A stretch of DNA of 59,450 nucleotides, the filler included, from Catajapyx aquilonaris (lineage: Eukaryota): assembly GCA_000934665.2 (NCBI GenBank). It is 4 parts of 4 records of this genome, joined end to end, with 100 filler letters (N's around TTAATTAATTAA, not from the genome) between each part and the next. Parts side by side here need not be neighbours in the genome. Positions count along the whole stretch, not along the records: positions 1 to 14,782 come from JYFJ02007691.1; 3 more parts are not named here. One strand, written 5' to 3'. Under the pieces are notes generated by a model, which saw only the letters and a program-made list of their open reading frames with translations, was not told where the DNA came from and did not search any database. Shown here in pieces: positions 1 through 13,310 of this stretch; within the stretch, counting starts at the first letter, position 1, and each line of letters starts with the position of its first letter. The translations under genes were made by a program, and so were the position numbers.

Positions 1-377
1 ATGCAGACTCCTGATGCAATCACAGTACAGATGACAGCCTTTCCGTACAGTCACCTGGATTACCCTTGGCTCAAGAGTCCAGGACCAGCTCCTGGTCTTC
101 CAGACATTCTCGCCTCACATTTCGTCCAGGTCATGGGCAGGTATGGACTGCACTCTGCATGTCCTGATGCCCTCCACACCTGGTTTTGCTCAGCTGCTCA
201 TGTACACTGGGTAGATTCTGAATTACGGAATCAGTCCAACCCGTTGCTGACACTTCGAGACGAGTCCAATATTTCTGGGCACATGTTGTACTTCTTTACA
301 GGAGATTGCACTACAGCATGTGTCCAATTTCAGTAGACATTTCATGAAGTGTCCAATTTCGTTATAGGTCTGCGACA

Positions 378-1345
378 TATTCACTGCGACGCATACGACA
401 CTTGATTGAACCTGCAAACTTTGCAAGTTAACGAGCAATGACAAGGTCATTGTGACATTATGGTTATGTTTTACTCCAATAAGGCTCAATTTCACGATGA
501 AAATTCACGTACCTGGCATTAGTCTTTTAGTCAAGTCTTACCTTCAATGGGATTTTTCTCATAACTAATCTGCTTATTATTTAGCATTATCTTTAGTGGC
601 TATTCTGTCTCTTCCCAATATAATCAGGGCACCACTGTACTTGCCCAATGGCAGTCAAGTTCACCTATCCGAAAATCACGTGCATGTCTATGTCACAAAT
701 ATGAATGAGTAGAAAATGAATCATGTTTTAATACACTTGAAGACCCCAACTTCCATATGCCTCATTAGAATATAAATTACATTATAACAAATGTTACAAT
801 ATATTAAACCACTTATAATCTGTTACCTATAGTCTACTATATATACTTAATTCTAATAAATGCTATAATCATACAACTTGTATTATGTTATCTAGTCTCC
901 TATCGATACCTTAATTCTAATAACAAATGTTATAATCATGCAACTTATATTCTAATGAGGCATATGGAAGAGATGTTGGGGCCACAAGGTGTTATTAAAA
1001 CATGATTCATTTTCTACTCATTCATACGACTCGTATTTGTAAGATGAGCATGCAGGTGATTTTCATGCTAGGTGAACTTCACTTGCATTGGAGTTGGTGC
1101 CCTGATTATATTGGGAAGCGATTTAAATAGACACTGCTAAATAATCAGATTATAGTGTAGTTACGAGAAAAAATGCCATTGAAGTGAAGACTTAACTGAA
1201 AGACAAATGCACATTACGTGCATATTCATCGCCAAATTAAGCCTTGGAGTAAAACAACCATAAATGCCACAATGCTCGTTAACTTGTCAAGTAACCATTT
1301 CCTCACATGTTCAATCAAGTGTCCAAGTATGCTTCGCAATGAATA
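378..1345 (-). ncRNA. Candidate long hairpin RNA (imperfect inverted repeat, arms ~378-789 and ~928-1345)
   Basis: The arms pair in blocks, e.g. cttcccaatataatcagggcacca / tggtgccctgattatattgggaag and atgaatgagtagaaaatgaatcatgttttaata / tattaaaacatgattcattttctactcattcat, with many bulges between them. Arm transitions almost all read as G:U on the minus strand. No TIR or TSD seen. The inverted repeat is certain; the RNA call is inferred. Confidence 0.55.
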
Positions 1346-4300
1346 CACAAGTAACAAGCACCACCACATTTTGTGAGTCTATCTATATCTATAAATAAGG
1401 ATGTTTGTGAGTTTGTTTGTCCCTTATAGAAATCCAGGGGAAGGCCCCTACACCGCCTTAAATTAGCATATCGGGGGTTACATTTTTCAAGGAATCTAAC
1501 GCCCCATGTTTCAGCTTCCGAAAATGAACCTATAACTCCCACAATACTCATATTCCCGAATTTTCTCACACACACACAAAGGTGCCGCAAAGCGACGCTA
1601 ACAATGTCGAATATTGTTAAAGTATGACTTTGGCCCTGGACATATTTGTTGTATTCGGTTCGTACGTTCAATTGAGTGTCCATTTCGTGATGCTAAGGCC
1701 ATATGAAGGCCTTTTTAGATCATGTCAAACATTACGGCCACAAGCTCAGCAAGGTTGGTATTTGTTGACTGTTGACTATTATAAGCATGACTTAAATTCT
1801 GGGGAGCCAAGTGGCCCAACCAATATCAATTCCCTTTGACTTTGATGAGCCAAAGATTAACACCAATGAGATAAAAGTGGATCAATTATACTCTATAATA
1901 ACTTCCCTTACCTCAAGTGGTTCTCGATGCCCTGCAAGCTACACCTGACTTGTCTGGCCAGACTTTCTCAGATGTGAAACTTAGCTGACTTCTGACAGGC
2001 AGAGCACAGCGGGGGTTCCCTGCACCACCTTCATGAAAACTCTGCACGCCAGAATTTTTGACACATTTCCAGAAAAAATGGAACTCCAGTCACTCTTACC
2101 ACATCCTGATTTTCTGTAGCAATGACCCAAGTTCATGTGGCTGAAAGGTCAGGCAACCCCATATGGACATGCAAAAAACACACCAAGTGTCAGCGCTTTT
2201 ATTTTATTTATTCTCATTTTCCTGAAACATTTCCCAAACTACAGCCACCTTCCTCTACTGCCCTACAAATACATTCTATCGGGAACAAATTTTTTCCTCT
2301 TTGCCCCAATTTCGACTTCTACTAAACTCTACAAACATACGTCTAATGGAATGTTTTTTTTTTGTCGTTTTTGTTATATCCTTTATGCATTTTTACCTCT
2401 TTAAATTTTTTGCACTTCTGATTTAAAATCCCATTGATTTTGTTCCTCCTGTGTTATTATTTTATTCATTTTTTCCCCCCTGGTTTTGTTTTGTTTTCTC
2501 CTAAAAATGTGCATAAAGCTGCTGAAGGATCATTGTTGGGGACTGCATTGTTGCCCCCTGGCTGATGGGTCGAAGCCCTTCCGGTTTGGATCTCCGATTG
2601 CATAGTTGGGGTTCCCATCTCTGCAGGTCGAAAAAATGTCCAAAAATGCACAACTGATCCACCCGAATAAATTTTGGGAATGGATTACACCATTTTCATC
2701 ATTTTGGTTCTATCTCACGGAAGCGCTGGGTCAACCCTACAGCCAGGGGTATTTTATTAAGTAAAATGTTTTTATGTTTCTTCTTCTTCTGGAAGTTTGT
2801 GTTCACACATTCTTTCTCTCTCTTTTCACCATTCACTCATTCAACTCTCATTCTCTGTAACCAATACGTTGGGGCAAGGCAAAAAACAAAAACAGTGAAC
2901 TGAACAGCAGGGAACCAAATGTAACAATGGATTCATAGTAACTCAAACCGTTTTTAAAAATCTGACATCTAGCCTACAACAAAAAATAGAACTCAGGACT
3001 ACACAAAAATACATGTACTATTAAGTAGATTAAAAAGAGAGAAAAAAATAAATCTGAGATCCTCGTGGGGAAAGTCACTTATAAGGTAGTGTACGTACGC
3101 ATGTACTTATTTTTTTTTTAAAAAAAAAAAACATTGCGGGCAGGCACGCCCTGATTGCCACACTTGTTGTCAAAAAATGAAACACCAGAAATAAGGAACA
3201 TGGGAGCAAGGGTTAGTAATAACCCTGACTTATAAAACTGCGATGCTAATAGGAATAGGGATCGTCTCAGGGTAAAACAACTGGTTCAAAATTAGCCCTA
3301 TGGTTTCATATCGTGTGCGGAGCAGGATGGTTGACATGGAAAAAAAAAAGGAGATGTATTGTAGCAGTCTTGACGGTTTGGGTTCTGTTGTGGGGGCAGT
3401 GACACTTATTGTTGCAGCATTACGACTGGTTTAAAAAAGAGTTGTGTGTAATCATGTAGAGAGCATTAGGAACTTTGTCGTTCACTGTTGTCTGAGGTAG
3501 CTGAGAACCAACTGGAACCTGGGTCAGGGGGTCACTACCGCACATAGATGAGCCATTCAACATTACACTTTACTGTGCAAGTCAAGCCTTGGGATCGGAG
3601 ATACTTCCATGGCCATGACGCTCAAAACTATTGGAAGATGGAACTGGAATGTATGGGAGTCTGGAAGGACCATCGGAACAGCTTTGGCGGCTACAGAAGC
3701 ATCTTCAAATGCAACAATGGAATACTGGGCATTAACTACTCTGAACGCTGCTAAACTTGCAGCTCAACTTACTGACTGTTTCAAGTGGAAAAGTAAACAT
3801 CTCTGCTGAGAAATTAAAAATCCATCCTTCTATTATTATTACTTATTCTGTCAATTATATGGATATGCACTACCTCTGATTCTACTACGAGTATCTCTCT
3901 CATTGTCTTTAAATATATCTCAAATGTACAACATATTGCGCATGTGTATCTGGTGCGTATTATATAAATAAATAATGTTATGATACACTGTATCACTATT
4001 GTAGTGTGAGGAGAGATTAGGAACGGCATGTCTGTCAATAATATTATTATCATTAGGAATGATCCACCACCATGTTCTTTGCCTGCGAGACCTGCACACA
4101 AAATATGGCCCAACAAACAACAGCAACAATGCCAACAACAATGCACTAGCAAGGTCAGGAGCGGTATTGGGTTGGGTACAAGGTGGGGCACACTTCCTAA
4201 TGAATAAAACCATAGGGCTTCCAGGAACTCATCAATAAAGGTGATGGGTAAAGCAGAAATAAATCTCTCAGGTCGTCTTGGATAGATGAGGAAATTTGGG

Positions 4301-7300
4301 AAATGCACTTGGACTCGCCTAAGCCCCACCCCGCAATCCCACCCCAGCCAATAACCCCCCCTGCCCACGGCCCACCCCAAATCCCACCCCCTGAACCACA
4401 ACCTTAAATACTGAAACATATGCTACTAATACTGACAAACAGGAATCGCTGGTGAAAGGAAGCCAGCCCCGCCACCTATTATTGTGGTGAGTGACGAGGA
4501 CCCTGCCCCTCCGTGTGAAAATCATTCGAAAATAATGGCGAGTCCAGACTGCATTTCCTCTAATGCTCCGTGGATATTCTAATTAGATTGGTAATCCCAA
4601 CTGACAAGAAGCTGCTCTTTTCTTCAAGGAACTTAATTGGTTTTGTCCTGCATGAACATCGCGTGGCATTACCTCACTCACTCGTGTGTGTCGGTGTGTG
4701 GCAGGTATTTTTTTTTTACAGGAACTGAAATCATAATTGCACACCTCAATAATGAAGGATAACCACACACCTGCACAACGTTGGGGGACACCATCACGTG
4801 CGCATGCAGGCGAATACTGTCTTCAAAAACTCAAATAAAAGTGCTACGTAAAAAATCAATAAACATTACTAATACTGCTAAATAATAATCAATAGTAATA
4901 CTCAAATCATAATAGGAAATAATACTAAAAATATCACTACAACTGCAATAAACACGAACCCAAAAGTGAGTCAGATGACAATAATAACGCTATTAGCCTA
5001 CAGTCTCTTCTGCAAATTGGCCAGAGGATTACAGCTACGTGTAAAACTTTGTGTCTGTACATCTACTCTTTTTTCAACATTGTCGTGGTCTTCTTGTCTT
5101 CTCCGTCTTCCTCCTTCTTTCTTGATGCGATTGTTCACAAACTGCACAAGTTACGGGGGGGTTGGAAAATGGGGGCAGGGGTGGATGGGGGGGAACCAAA
5201 AATACAAAACCTCTTACAAAACTATCTCTCTTTCCCTGCATTTTGTGACAAGGAGGCAAAAGTCTGAGATTCTTTTTTCTTATTTCTCATTATTTTCTTC
5301 TGCTTCTTATTTTATGTTGTAAAACACGAGAGGCATTCTGCGGCTGCTATTCTGTGAGGTCTGGGTTATTGTTGCGTGTACGTGTAGTTGTGTGTCTATT
5401 GGTGTGTTGAACGCCCGCAGGGTCACCGCCTTATCAACCTCTTCACCTCTCTTCCCACAAGCTCTTGTTAAGTACAAACCAACAATGGCAAAGAGGTCAA
5501 ACACGTGCGCCCTGCATGTCTGCATATTTGTGACAAGGCCTGTATTGAACCAACTTCCTCCTGACGAGGCTCAAGTGTGATTGTGTGTGTGGCAGCAGAA
5601 TAAAAAAAGAATGACCAAGGTCCATGACGATGGACAATAACTGCGTGTGTACTTGTGTGTGCTTGCGGTTGTGTATGTGTATGTGTTTGGCTTTGGGGTT
5701 TGCCAGCTGCCAAAAATATGCTCCTCTGCTGGGGGGCTACGTAACTTCACTATCACAATCATTCCCACGACAACACCAAACAGCGCTTTTTGTATATATA
5801 TATTATACTGTATATTTCTCATATATATATAATTATACTTCTTTTTTTTGCCTTTCCACTTTATTTTCTGCGACGTGTACTTCTGTATTTACTTTTGTTA
5901 ATCTCAAACTGGACCTATTTTTGGACACGATGCTAAGTCCTGATTTGCATAGGGAGCGACAGTGCATCGGGCTTATTATTATTTTTTGTTCTCAACGCTT
6001 TGTCTTTTTCAAATCCTACGTTTTTTGCAGCAGGTAGACAGGTAATGACATACGCTATATGAGGCGTTGGCTACATTGTTACACAACTCCAAATGTTTTT
6101 TTTTAGAAAACCTATCCGAACGGCATTTTTGGGGGGGTGGGGGGTCTTTAAAACGTTCACAACTTTCTAATTTCTTTTTGTTAAAACTTCCCGGTAAACA
6201 TCACGTGTGTACATCTATGTTTTACCACTGCTACTGTCGCTAAAAAAAATTGACATACACTTATTTTTGTGGGTGTTTTATCTTTCTTTCTGCCGAAACA
6301 TTGTCATCGTTTCCCTGAAACCTAAAGCGGAAAAAGGACAACCTGTTGTGTGTGTGTAACGACTATCTCATTATTATTATTATTAATTATTATTTTTTTA
6401 ACCTACACAGTTTTGTACACAAAGGCCTATGTACAGCAGGGCCGACAGAAGGACGTAAGTGCCATTTGATGATATTGAAGCAAACCCACCGAGTTGGCAA
6501 ACTTGCTGGCACTGTATTATCTTCACCACTTTTATCTCCTTCAACCTTCGTTTGTCATAAATCATGGGTACTTTTTAGTTCTGAGGGGGGAGGGACAAGT
6601 CCGAAAAAAGCGTGGATTTTTTTCCATTTTCCCGAGGAGCGCTTAAGAAAAAGTTTCCCTCTCTCTCCATTTTGACTCGCACATTTTGGAATTGACATCT
6701 GGAAGTTATCGACTGGAATGATTTCTTTTGGAATGCATTTTTGTTTCACTCTATCTTCAATCAAGTGTTGTCGTCTGCTGTTCTTCGTTTTATTTTTTTA
6801 TTATTTTTAATTAATTAATTATAGCTCTCTCTTGTAAAACGGGGTTAGGCAATAATAATTATATATCATTATTATTATGGGGTTGTGTTGTGTTGTGGGA
6901 AGCGGACGACTCCCCTCAGTCTTTTGTTGGGCGGGATTTTTCAAATAAAAAATTTTAAAAAACAGGAACAAAAAACAAAAATTTCCCTTCTGTCCAGAGC
7001 CCTGGTTGGAAACTATCACATGGAAGCATTGTTACCCATTACTCTTTTTTTTTTGTTAACAAGTACGCTGCGGACCACACATTTGAGTATCCCATTTCTG
7101 TACTCTTTCAGAGAAAGGTATAGAGTAAAAGCGCGTTTCCTCGGCTTTTGCGTGAGCTGCATTGCATGTGTGCGCATGCGGGGACACGTGTGGGAAGAAG
7201 GGGTGGGAGTTAATAAGAATGGGGGTAACAAGGGGCTAGCTCAGAAGTATACCAGACCCTGAGACAAGTTCGGCAGACAAGTGTCCACACACATATGCTG

Positions 7301-10300
7301 TGATATGATCTCCCCTCATGCATGGGGAAGAGTGTGGGGGAGAAATGACACTGCATCGCCGTGATCAATGCAACTACTCTCTTTATCAAAATACTGCTAT
7401 AAAATCTGTATGGGGGAGCAGGGAAGAGGTTGCCATTCCTTTTACCAAGGAAAATATGTCCACACATGCACACACACAATCATTCACATCTCTCATCTCT
7501 CACGTCCCAAATGAAGCAGCACTTCTCGGGGGGCATGGTATACTGTACACACGTCAACAATCTGATTCTGAGATTAAAAAGGGGGATGGTGTAGTAAAAG
7601 TTACGTATGAGGTAGTTGTCAAAGCGTGTGGCTTCAATTGCAAGGTTTCACCTGGGAGTGGATATCACAGATTGTGTGTTGTTATGTGGGCAGCAAAAAA
7701 GAGTGGTGAAAATCACTCTCTCTCGATCGGATCAACAGCAGCAACGTGTTACAACCGGATTCAAAGCAATGGTAAATACGAACGAAAAGAGTTGGCCACG
7801 TTGCGGTTGAGTTTAGTCTACTGTCATCATTATAAAGGGGAGAAGCATTGTCACTCATTCATCAACAATAGAGCTACCAACAAAGGTCCACATGTACAAT
7901 AGCTGATCCACAAGCCAAGGGAACTATATATTTCTTTTCTCGGCAATCTCAAATGATCCGTGAAGTAAAATGCAATGGTGGTATAAATCCTGTGAAGGAA
8001 ATTTATACGGCATAGACACTGTATACGTGCAACAACATGCCAATGAACGTTCCTCAGTATGGTGCCTGCCAAGTACACAAAGTTGTGATTCCTGCAACAA
8101 GACATGAACATCGTGCTGCAAATTACGAAGGCACAGATTGCAATCAGCGAAATTGTAGTGACACATACGTGTGAACATGTGAGTACCACCTTGGCCATGA
8201 TTGTTCACATAGTTGATTAGGGAAAGCTGTTCACCTCCAATTCTCCACTGTCATGTGGTACACCCCCACCAATTATTTATAACACCAATAGCCTTCACAG
8301 GAATGTCCAATGCAGCTCAATGGATTTCAGGAATCTATTAAGAGTTGCCAAGAAAGTAAATATTGTCTGTGACTTATGAAGCAACCTTTGCATGTAGTAG
8401 GTGATGTGTGCTGCATCATTCGGGACTTGTATTCTTCACGGGTTGTAGGGGAGGGAGACTCCACTTGTCATTTAATTACAGCATTGCTAACTCTGCTCCT
8501 CTGCCATGCAAACCTGCTTTCACAGCCTTTATAAAAAGTTGGTTTCACTTCCACCTATCAACAACCGTTTCTCTTGATTGACTACAATAATCACGCAACA
8601 TTTGCCTACAAAACTGTACAAGCAACAGCCCCAACAGGAAGGGGGCCTGACTATTCTCCAGCCGACTGAAGCCAACAATTGAAGGCCCAATTGCCTGCTT
8701 CACTTGTTCAAAAATTAAATGAAAACTGTCACAACCTAACATCAACCCAATTGCACTTCCCTAACCATCGTCACGCCCTCCCTTCCTCATAACCACTATT
8801 TATTATGGAATGTAAAAATGTGAGTATCTTCCTACACTTGTGCAACTATTTGTACTTAAGTCATCCCTCCCCATATGTAAAGCACACACTCCTTGCATTC
8901 ACACGCAATACCCTCACGCAAGTAAAGCCATCAACCTCGTCGCCTCTGGGTCCACAACAATACTTTTCTCACACGCTAAAAAGTACAAATAACTCCCTTC
9001 CCTTCCCCCAGGGAAAAATGGGACAAGCTTTCATTATTAATTATTACAACTGTTTCACGAGGGGGATGTTGCTTGTCCTTCTCATCATTTTTTTTTTTTA
9101 CACTATTAGAATAATTATTTCATCAGCGTACAAACCTCCCTGAAATTGGCTCAGACGAAGATTTTACAAAAAAGTCCCTCATCTGCCTCGCGTTTATTTC
9201 TTATGTGTGAGTATGTCAAGTCTCACGTCTATTTTTCTATATTAAATATCCGCAATTAATTCTCCCCCACCACGCACGGAGCGCGTCAATACTATTTCCA
9301 GTGGAAAATAAATTAATAAATAAGAGTTATGTCAAGTTGTGGATTGCACATGTGAATTGCGAGTTTTAAACCTAACTCCAGGAACTGTATTGGTTGTGAG
9401 TGTGAATAAATGTGCGGCTTGACCCCACCACACGTTATGTAGGTGTGGCAAGAGGGGCCAAGCCTCCCATAGTATATATAAATAGCGACAATAATAAAAT
9501 GTACAGTACAATAATTAATAAGAGATAATAATATCCTTGGCATTCGGCGTCATCAGTCTTGTCAATCTCTACAGTAAACTTAAGCATATTGATTGTTGTC
9601 TACCATTGTTGTCGCTTCCGCAGTCCTTCTGCTTCCCACCCCCTTTATTGGGTGGGAGGGCAAAGTGCCAACAATTGCCATTGGCGTTGAAAAATAAGTC
9701 TGGCAGCACTCTTTGGGGAGAGGACAGTGTCCACCCTTCCCAAAAATGCGGGTAGGAAGCAGAACATAGGAAGCGACTTATGCAGTGAGAAACTTAAATC
9801 TTAAGTAGTTATTGCGAGGGGCAGTGCGTATGTGTGTGGCGCATGTATGAGCAAGCGTGAAAATAGAAAAAAAAGCGAGGCTGGAGTATTGTAGAAAATA
9901 AGTTAGACCTCGCTTCACTTGTGACTTTCCACTGTAGCCAATCACGTGCACACCCATGCACCACACATAACGCCACACAACGCCCTCGTCGTTGGGGTAC
10001 AAAATACTGCAACGTACATTTAAAAAAGATGAAAAAAGAAATGAGTTGATCGGACGAAATGCAAGCAGCACCACTGGTGGGAGACCTTTCTCAGAAATTA
10101 TTCTGTTGTTGTGACGTATATGTCACATGTCACGCGTGGCATACGCATAAAAGTACGTGGAGATTAGGCGTGGATTGGGAAGGGTAGCACCGTTGGTCCA
10201 AAACACTCAGCAGCTTCCCAGCAATAAAGCAGAAAAAAAAATTGTGATTGAAAAAATGGAGCTGGTGGTCATAAGATGGTCAGTGTACCTAGTTAAAAAT

Positions 10301-10808
10301 ACCACTTTTTAAAAGGGCAGAAATAGTTGCAACAAATAACTGATACTCTCTATTTAACTAGATGTAACTAGCTTTAAAAAAATATTTTGAAACAGATAAC
10401 TGGATGGAATCTTGAACTAACAAAGCCTGTCACAATTACAAGTATCAGCGAAGTCACTGTGTTTAAAAAAAAAAAAGGCAGCAAAAAGAATGAAGTTTCT
10501 TCTGGCACCACTGGTACCAATGTCATATCAAAGTAAAATGTGGGACATTTACAATCACTTTGTAACTGGTGGAATTAAAAACATTACCTTAACAATAACA
10601 AAAGACAACAGTTTACAGCATGTCAATTGAACTTGATGCCAAGTTGTGTTGTTAGCTGCCACAGAGACCTATCAAACCCCTTGTAACATCACAAGGTTTA
10701 TAAAAGACCAACATATCACTTAAAGACTAGCCGAGTGCTTTGAACCATCTTGGTGCAGGTATGAGGAAAGGATAAAAGCTGCATCGCTGCAATGGCGCTG
10801 ATGGTGGC

Positions 10809-13310
10809 CTACTTGTGATCGGCCAGCAGCGCCATGGGCTCTTCCTCTTCCTCATTGTTGCCCCTCCCTCCTCCTTCCTCATCACCAGCTCCTCCTCCTC
10901 CATCCTCCTTACCCTCCTCGTCCCCATCCACCTGCATTGCTGCACCAGCATTGTTGTGCGCTACAATCTTCTCACTCTGTGGCAGTAAGTGCACCATGCT
11001 GACTGGTATGGGGAATGGGTAATCTGCAAAGTAGCCGGCTGCTGCAGCAGCTGCCGCCGCATATGGATTGAATGCCAGCTCTGCCTCCATCTGCGCCTGC
11101 GCTGCAGCAGCTGCATTGTTGTCATCCATCTTGACATGCGGCAGCATCGTAGGGGCTCCCCCACGATGATGCGAGGCTGCTGCAGCTGCGGCACTGGCTG
11201 CTAAGGCATCGCCCAGTCCAGCCAGGCTACCCTTCCGCAACAGCTCCAGCTTGAGGCTCTTCCCATACTTTCCCCGCACATACATCAGCAGCGAGTTGTA
11301 GGGGATGCCAAAGACGCGAGAGGCTTGAGATGTGGTCATCTTTTTGTTCCAAACATTCTGAAGGGCTTCTGTCAGATCCGCATTGGTCCAGGATCGGGGT
11401 GGGCCACCACGTGGTGCACTATGTTGGCCTTTACCTCGCCCAACAGAGCGGAATGGTGGGTGTGGAAGGGGGGAGGAGGATGGAGCATGTGATGGTGTTG
11501 GAGGGTGAGATGATGAAGGAGGATGGGAAGAGGACGGTGGAGGAGGGCCAAACGGATCTTTCTTCAGCCTTTCACTTAACCAGTCGCATTCTGTGATATA
11601 TAAAGAATGAAGGTGTCTAAGATTCTGCACCAAAATTTGCAATAAAATCAAATACAGATGGAATCATTGGAGCTGTATCAGTGTAAAAATGTGCACCCGT
11701 ACCTCTAACATGGCAGGCTATTAATACTTACCATGGTGATGTGCAGGTGGTAGTGCAAGTGCAGCCAGGGCTGAAGATGATGATGGTGAAGCATTGTTGT
11801 TACAGCTGCCGCTATTGTTGTTGCTGCTGGAGGAAGATGGGGAAGAAGAGGTGGTAGAAGTGGGAGGTGGAGGTGGTGGTGGAGGTGGTAGAGGTGGTGG
11901 TGGTAAAGGAGGTTGCAGTCCAGTCACTGCAGCAGCACCCAGGGGGAAGACACAGTTCTCCAGGGAAGAGGAGGAGGAAGAAGTAGGGGGAGGGACACCA
12001 TCCTGAAATCAAAATAATGAGAATGAGACATTTCACAAAAATACTAATAAACATTCGGATGTTTGGACCAACAACAAAGCGGTAGCCAATGACAAATGCC
12101 TGTGTTTTTTCTTCTTCTATAAAGTGAAGTCCAAAAATTAATCAACAAGCCATGTACAGCTAGCTGACATATCTTGGATTGAGAGCTTGACATTGTTACT
12201 CACATGGTCAGCATTTCCATAGTCCATCCTTTCAAGGGAGGCCATGGCTGCACTGTCCAGCAGGAGGAGACCATCCAAACTTCCCATTGCCGTACTTGCA
12301 TTGTTGTTCATGGTGGCAGCAGTTGAAATGGGAGGCGACATGTTATTGTGTGTGGCGGAGGAGGTGGCTATAGGAGGCAATGTTACTGGAAAATCATCCG
12401 GTAACTCTGTCTTCAACTGGTGGTGGTGATGCCCATTGTTGTTACTGCTGTTGGCCGATGTTTTCAGGATGGGCATAGGGGCCTTGCGTATGACAGGAGA
12501 CTCGTTGTTACCACCATTGGTGTGGTTTGTATGGTGGTGGTGGTGAGGGTGGTGAGGGTGGGGGAAGGGAGGCCAGTCCAACTGTTGGCTCAACAACTGG
12601 GGCGAATTGTGGTGTGACTTTCTGTGGTGGTGGTGGTGGTGCCCATGGCTGTTGGGAGTAGAGAGGCTGTCACTGTTGTCACCATTGTTGTGTGCTGCAG
12701 AGAAGTCCCCGGAGCGTCGCCTTGGCCTGGCCTGCTTGCGTCTGGGCAGCGATGGGTGGGGGTTTGCATGCTCCAGCGAATTCTGCTGGTGTGAATTGCT
12801 GGGCATCATTGTTGCTTGGTGTGGGGTCAGGGAGGGAATGGGGCTAAATGCCGCTGGTGGGGCAGGCGCAGTGGGTGTTGGATGGTGCGGTGGATGTGGG
12901 GAAGAAAGGGGGGCAACAGGTGAGGGAAGAAGGCTGTTACTTGAGGGGACATTGCTGGAGGATTGAACAAGGAGGGGAGGAGTGGACAGGGGGTGGGAGG
13001 GAGGCCGTGATGAAGGGGTGTGGGTGGAACTGCGCTCTGTGTGGGCTAGGCCACGCACCTAAACGAGAGAAAAAAAATTGAATTGCTTAATGACATCTCC
13101 TTGCAGTGAGATCAGTATTTAACAACAGCACAACTTACCTTGAGTGCTTCAGCAGCTTTTATTAGCTGTGCCAGCTGCTCCTGTGCGACACTTATCTCTC
13201 CCTTGTACATGAAGTCAACAATGGCTTGCACCTCCCATCCACAGAGGTCCTTCAGGACTATCACCGGGTGCTTGCAAGGGGTTTCTGAGAACACCCTCTG
13301 GAAGTAGGGA
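10809..13310 (-). CDS. lov: BTB/POZ + pipsqueak-type HTH transcription factor, jim lovell (Tkr)-like, 5'-partial
   Basis: Exons with GT-AG boundaries and consistent phases: 13310-13139 (SPYFQRVFSETPCKHPVIVLKD...IVDFMYKGEISV...AAEALK, BTB), 13058-12204 (VRGLA...LPRRKQARPRRRSGD), 12002-11732, and 11590-10809 (RGGPPRSWTNADLTEALQNVWNKKMTTSQASRVFGIPYNSLLMYVRGKYGKSLKLE, Psq HTH; TAG stop). The N-terminal BTB exon was not found before the contig end. The symbol rests on recalled Tkr/lov motifs. Confidence 0.85.

Noticed and set aside
1..336. 111-aa ORF at the window start
   Set aside because: No recognisable domain or splice structure.
3814..4419. 201-aa minus-strand ORF, and similar long ORFs such as 7318-7902
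   Set aside because: Low-complexity composition with no motif; consistent with chance ORFs in UTR-like DNA.
12138..12203. ORF read-through to TAA at 12138 suggesting a BTB-only isoform
   Set aside because: A strong GTGAGT donor at 12203 explains the structure; there is no independent sign of retention.
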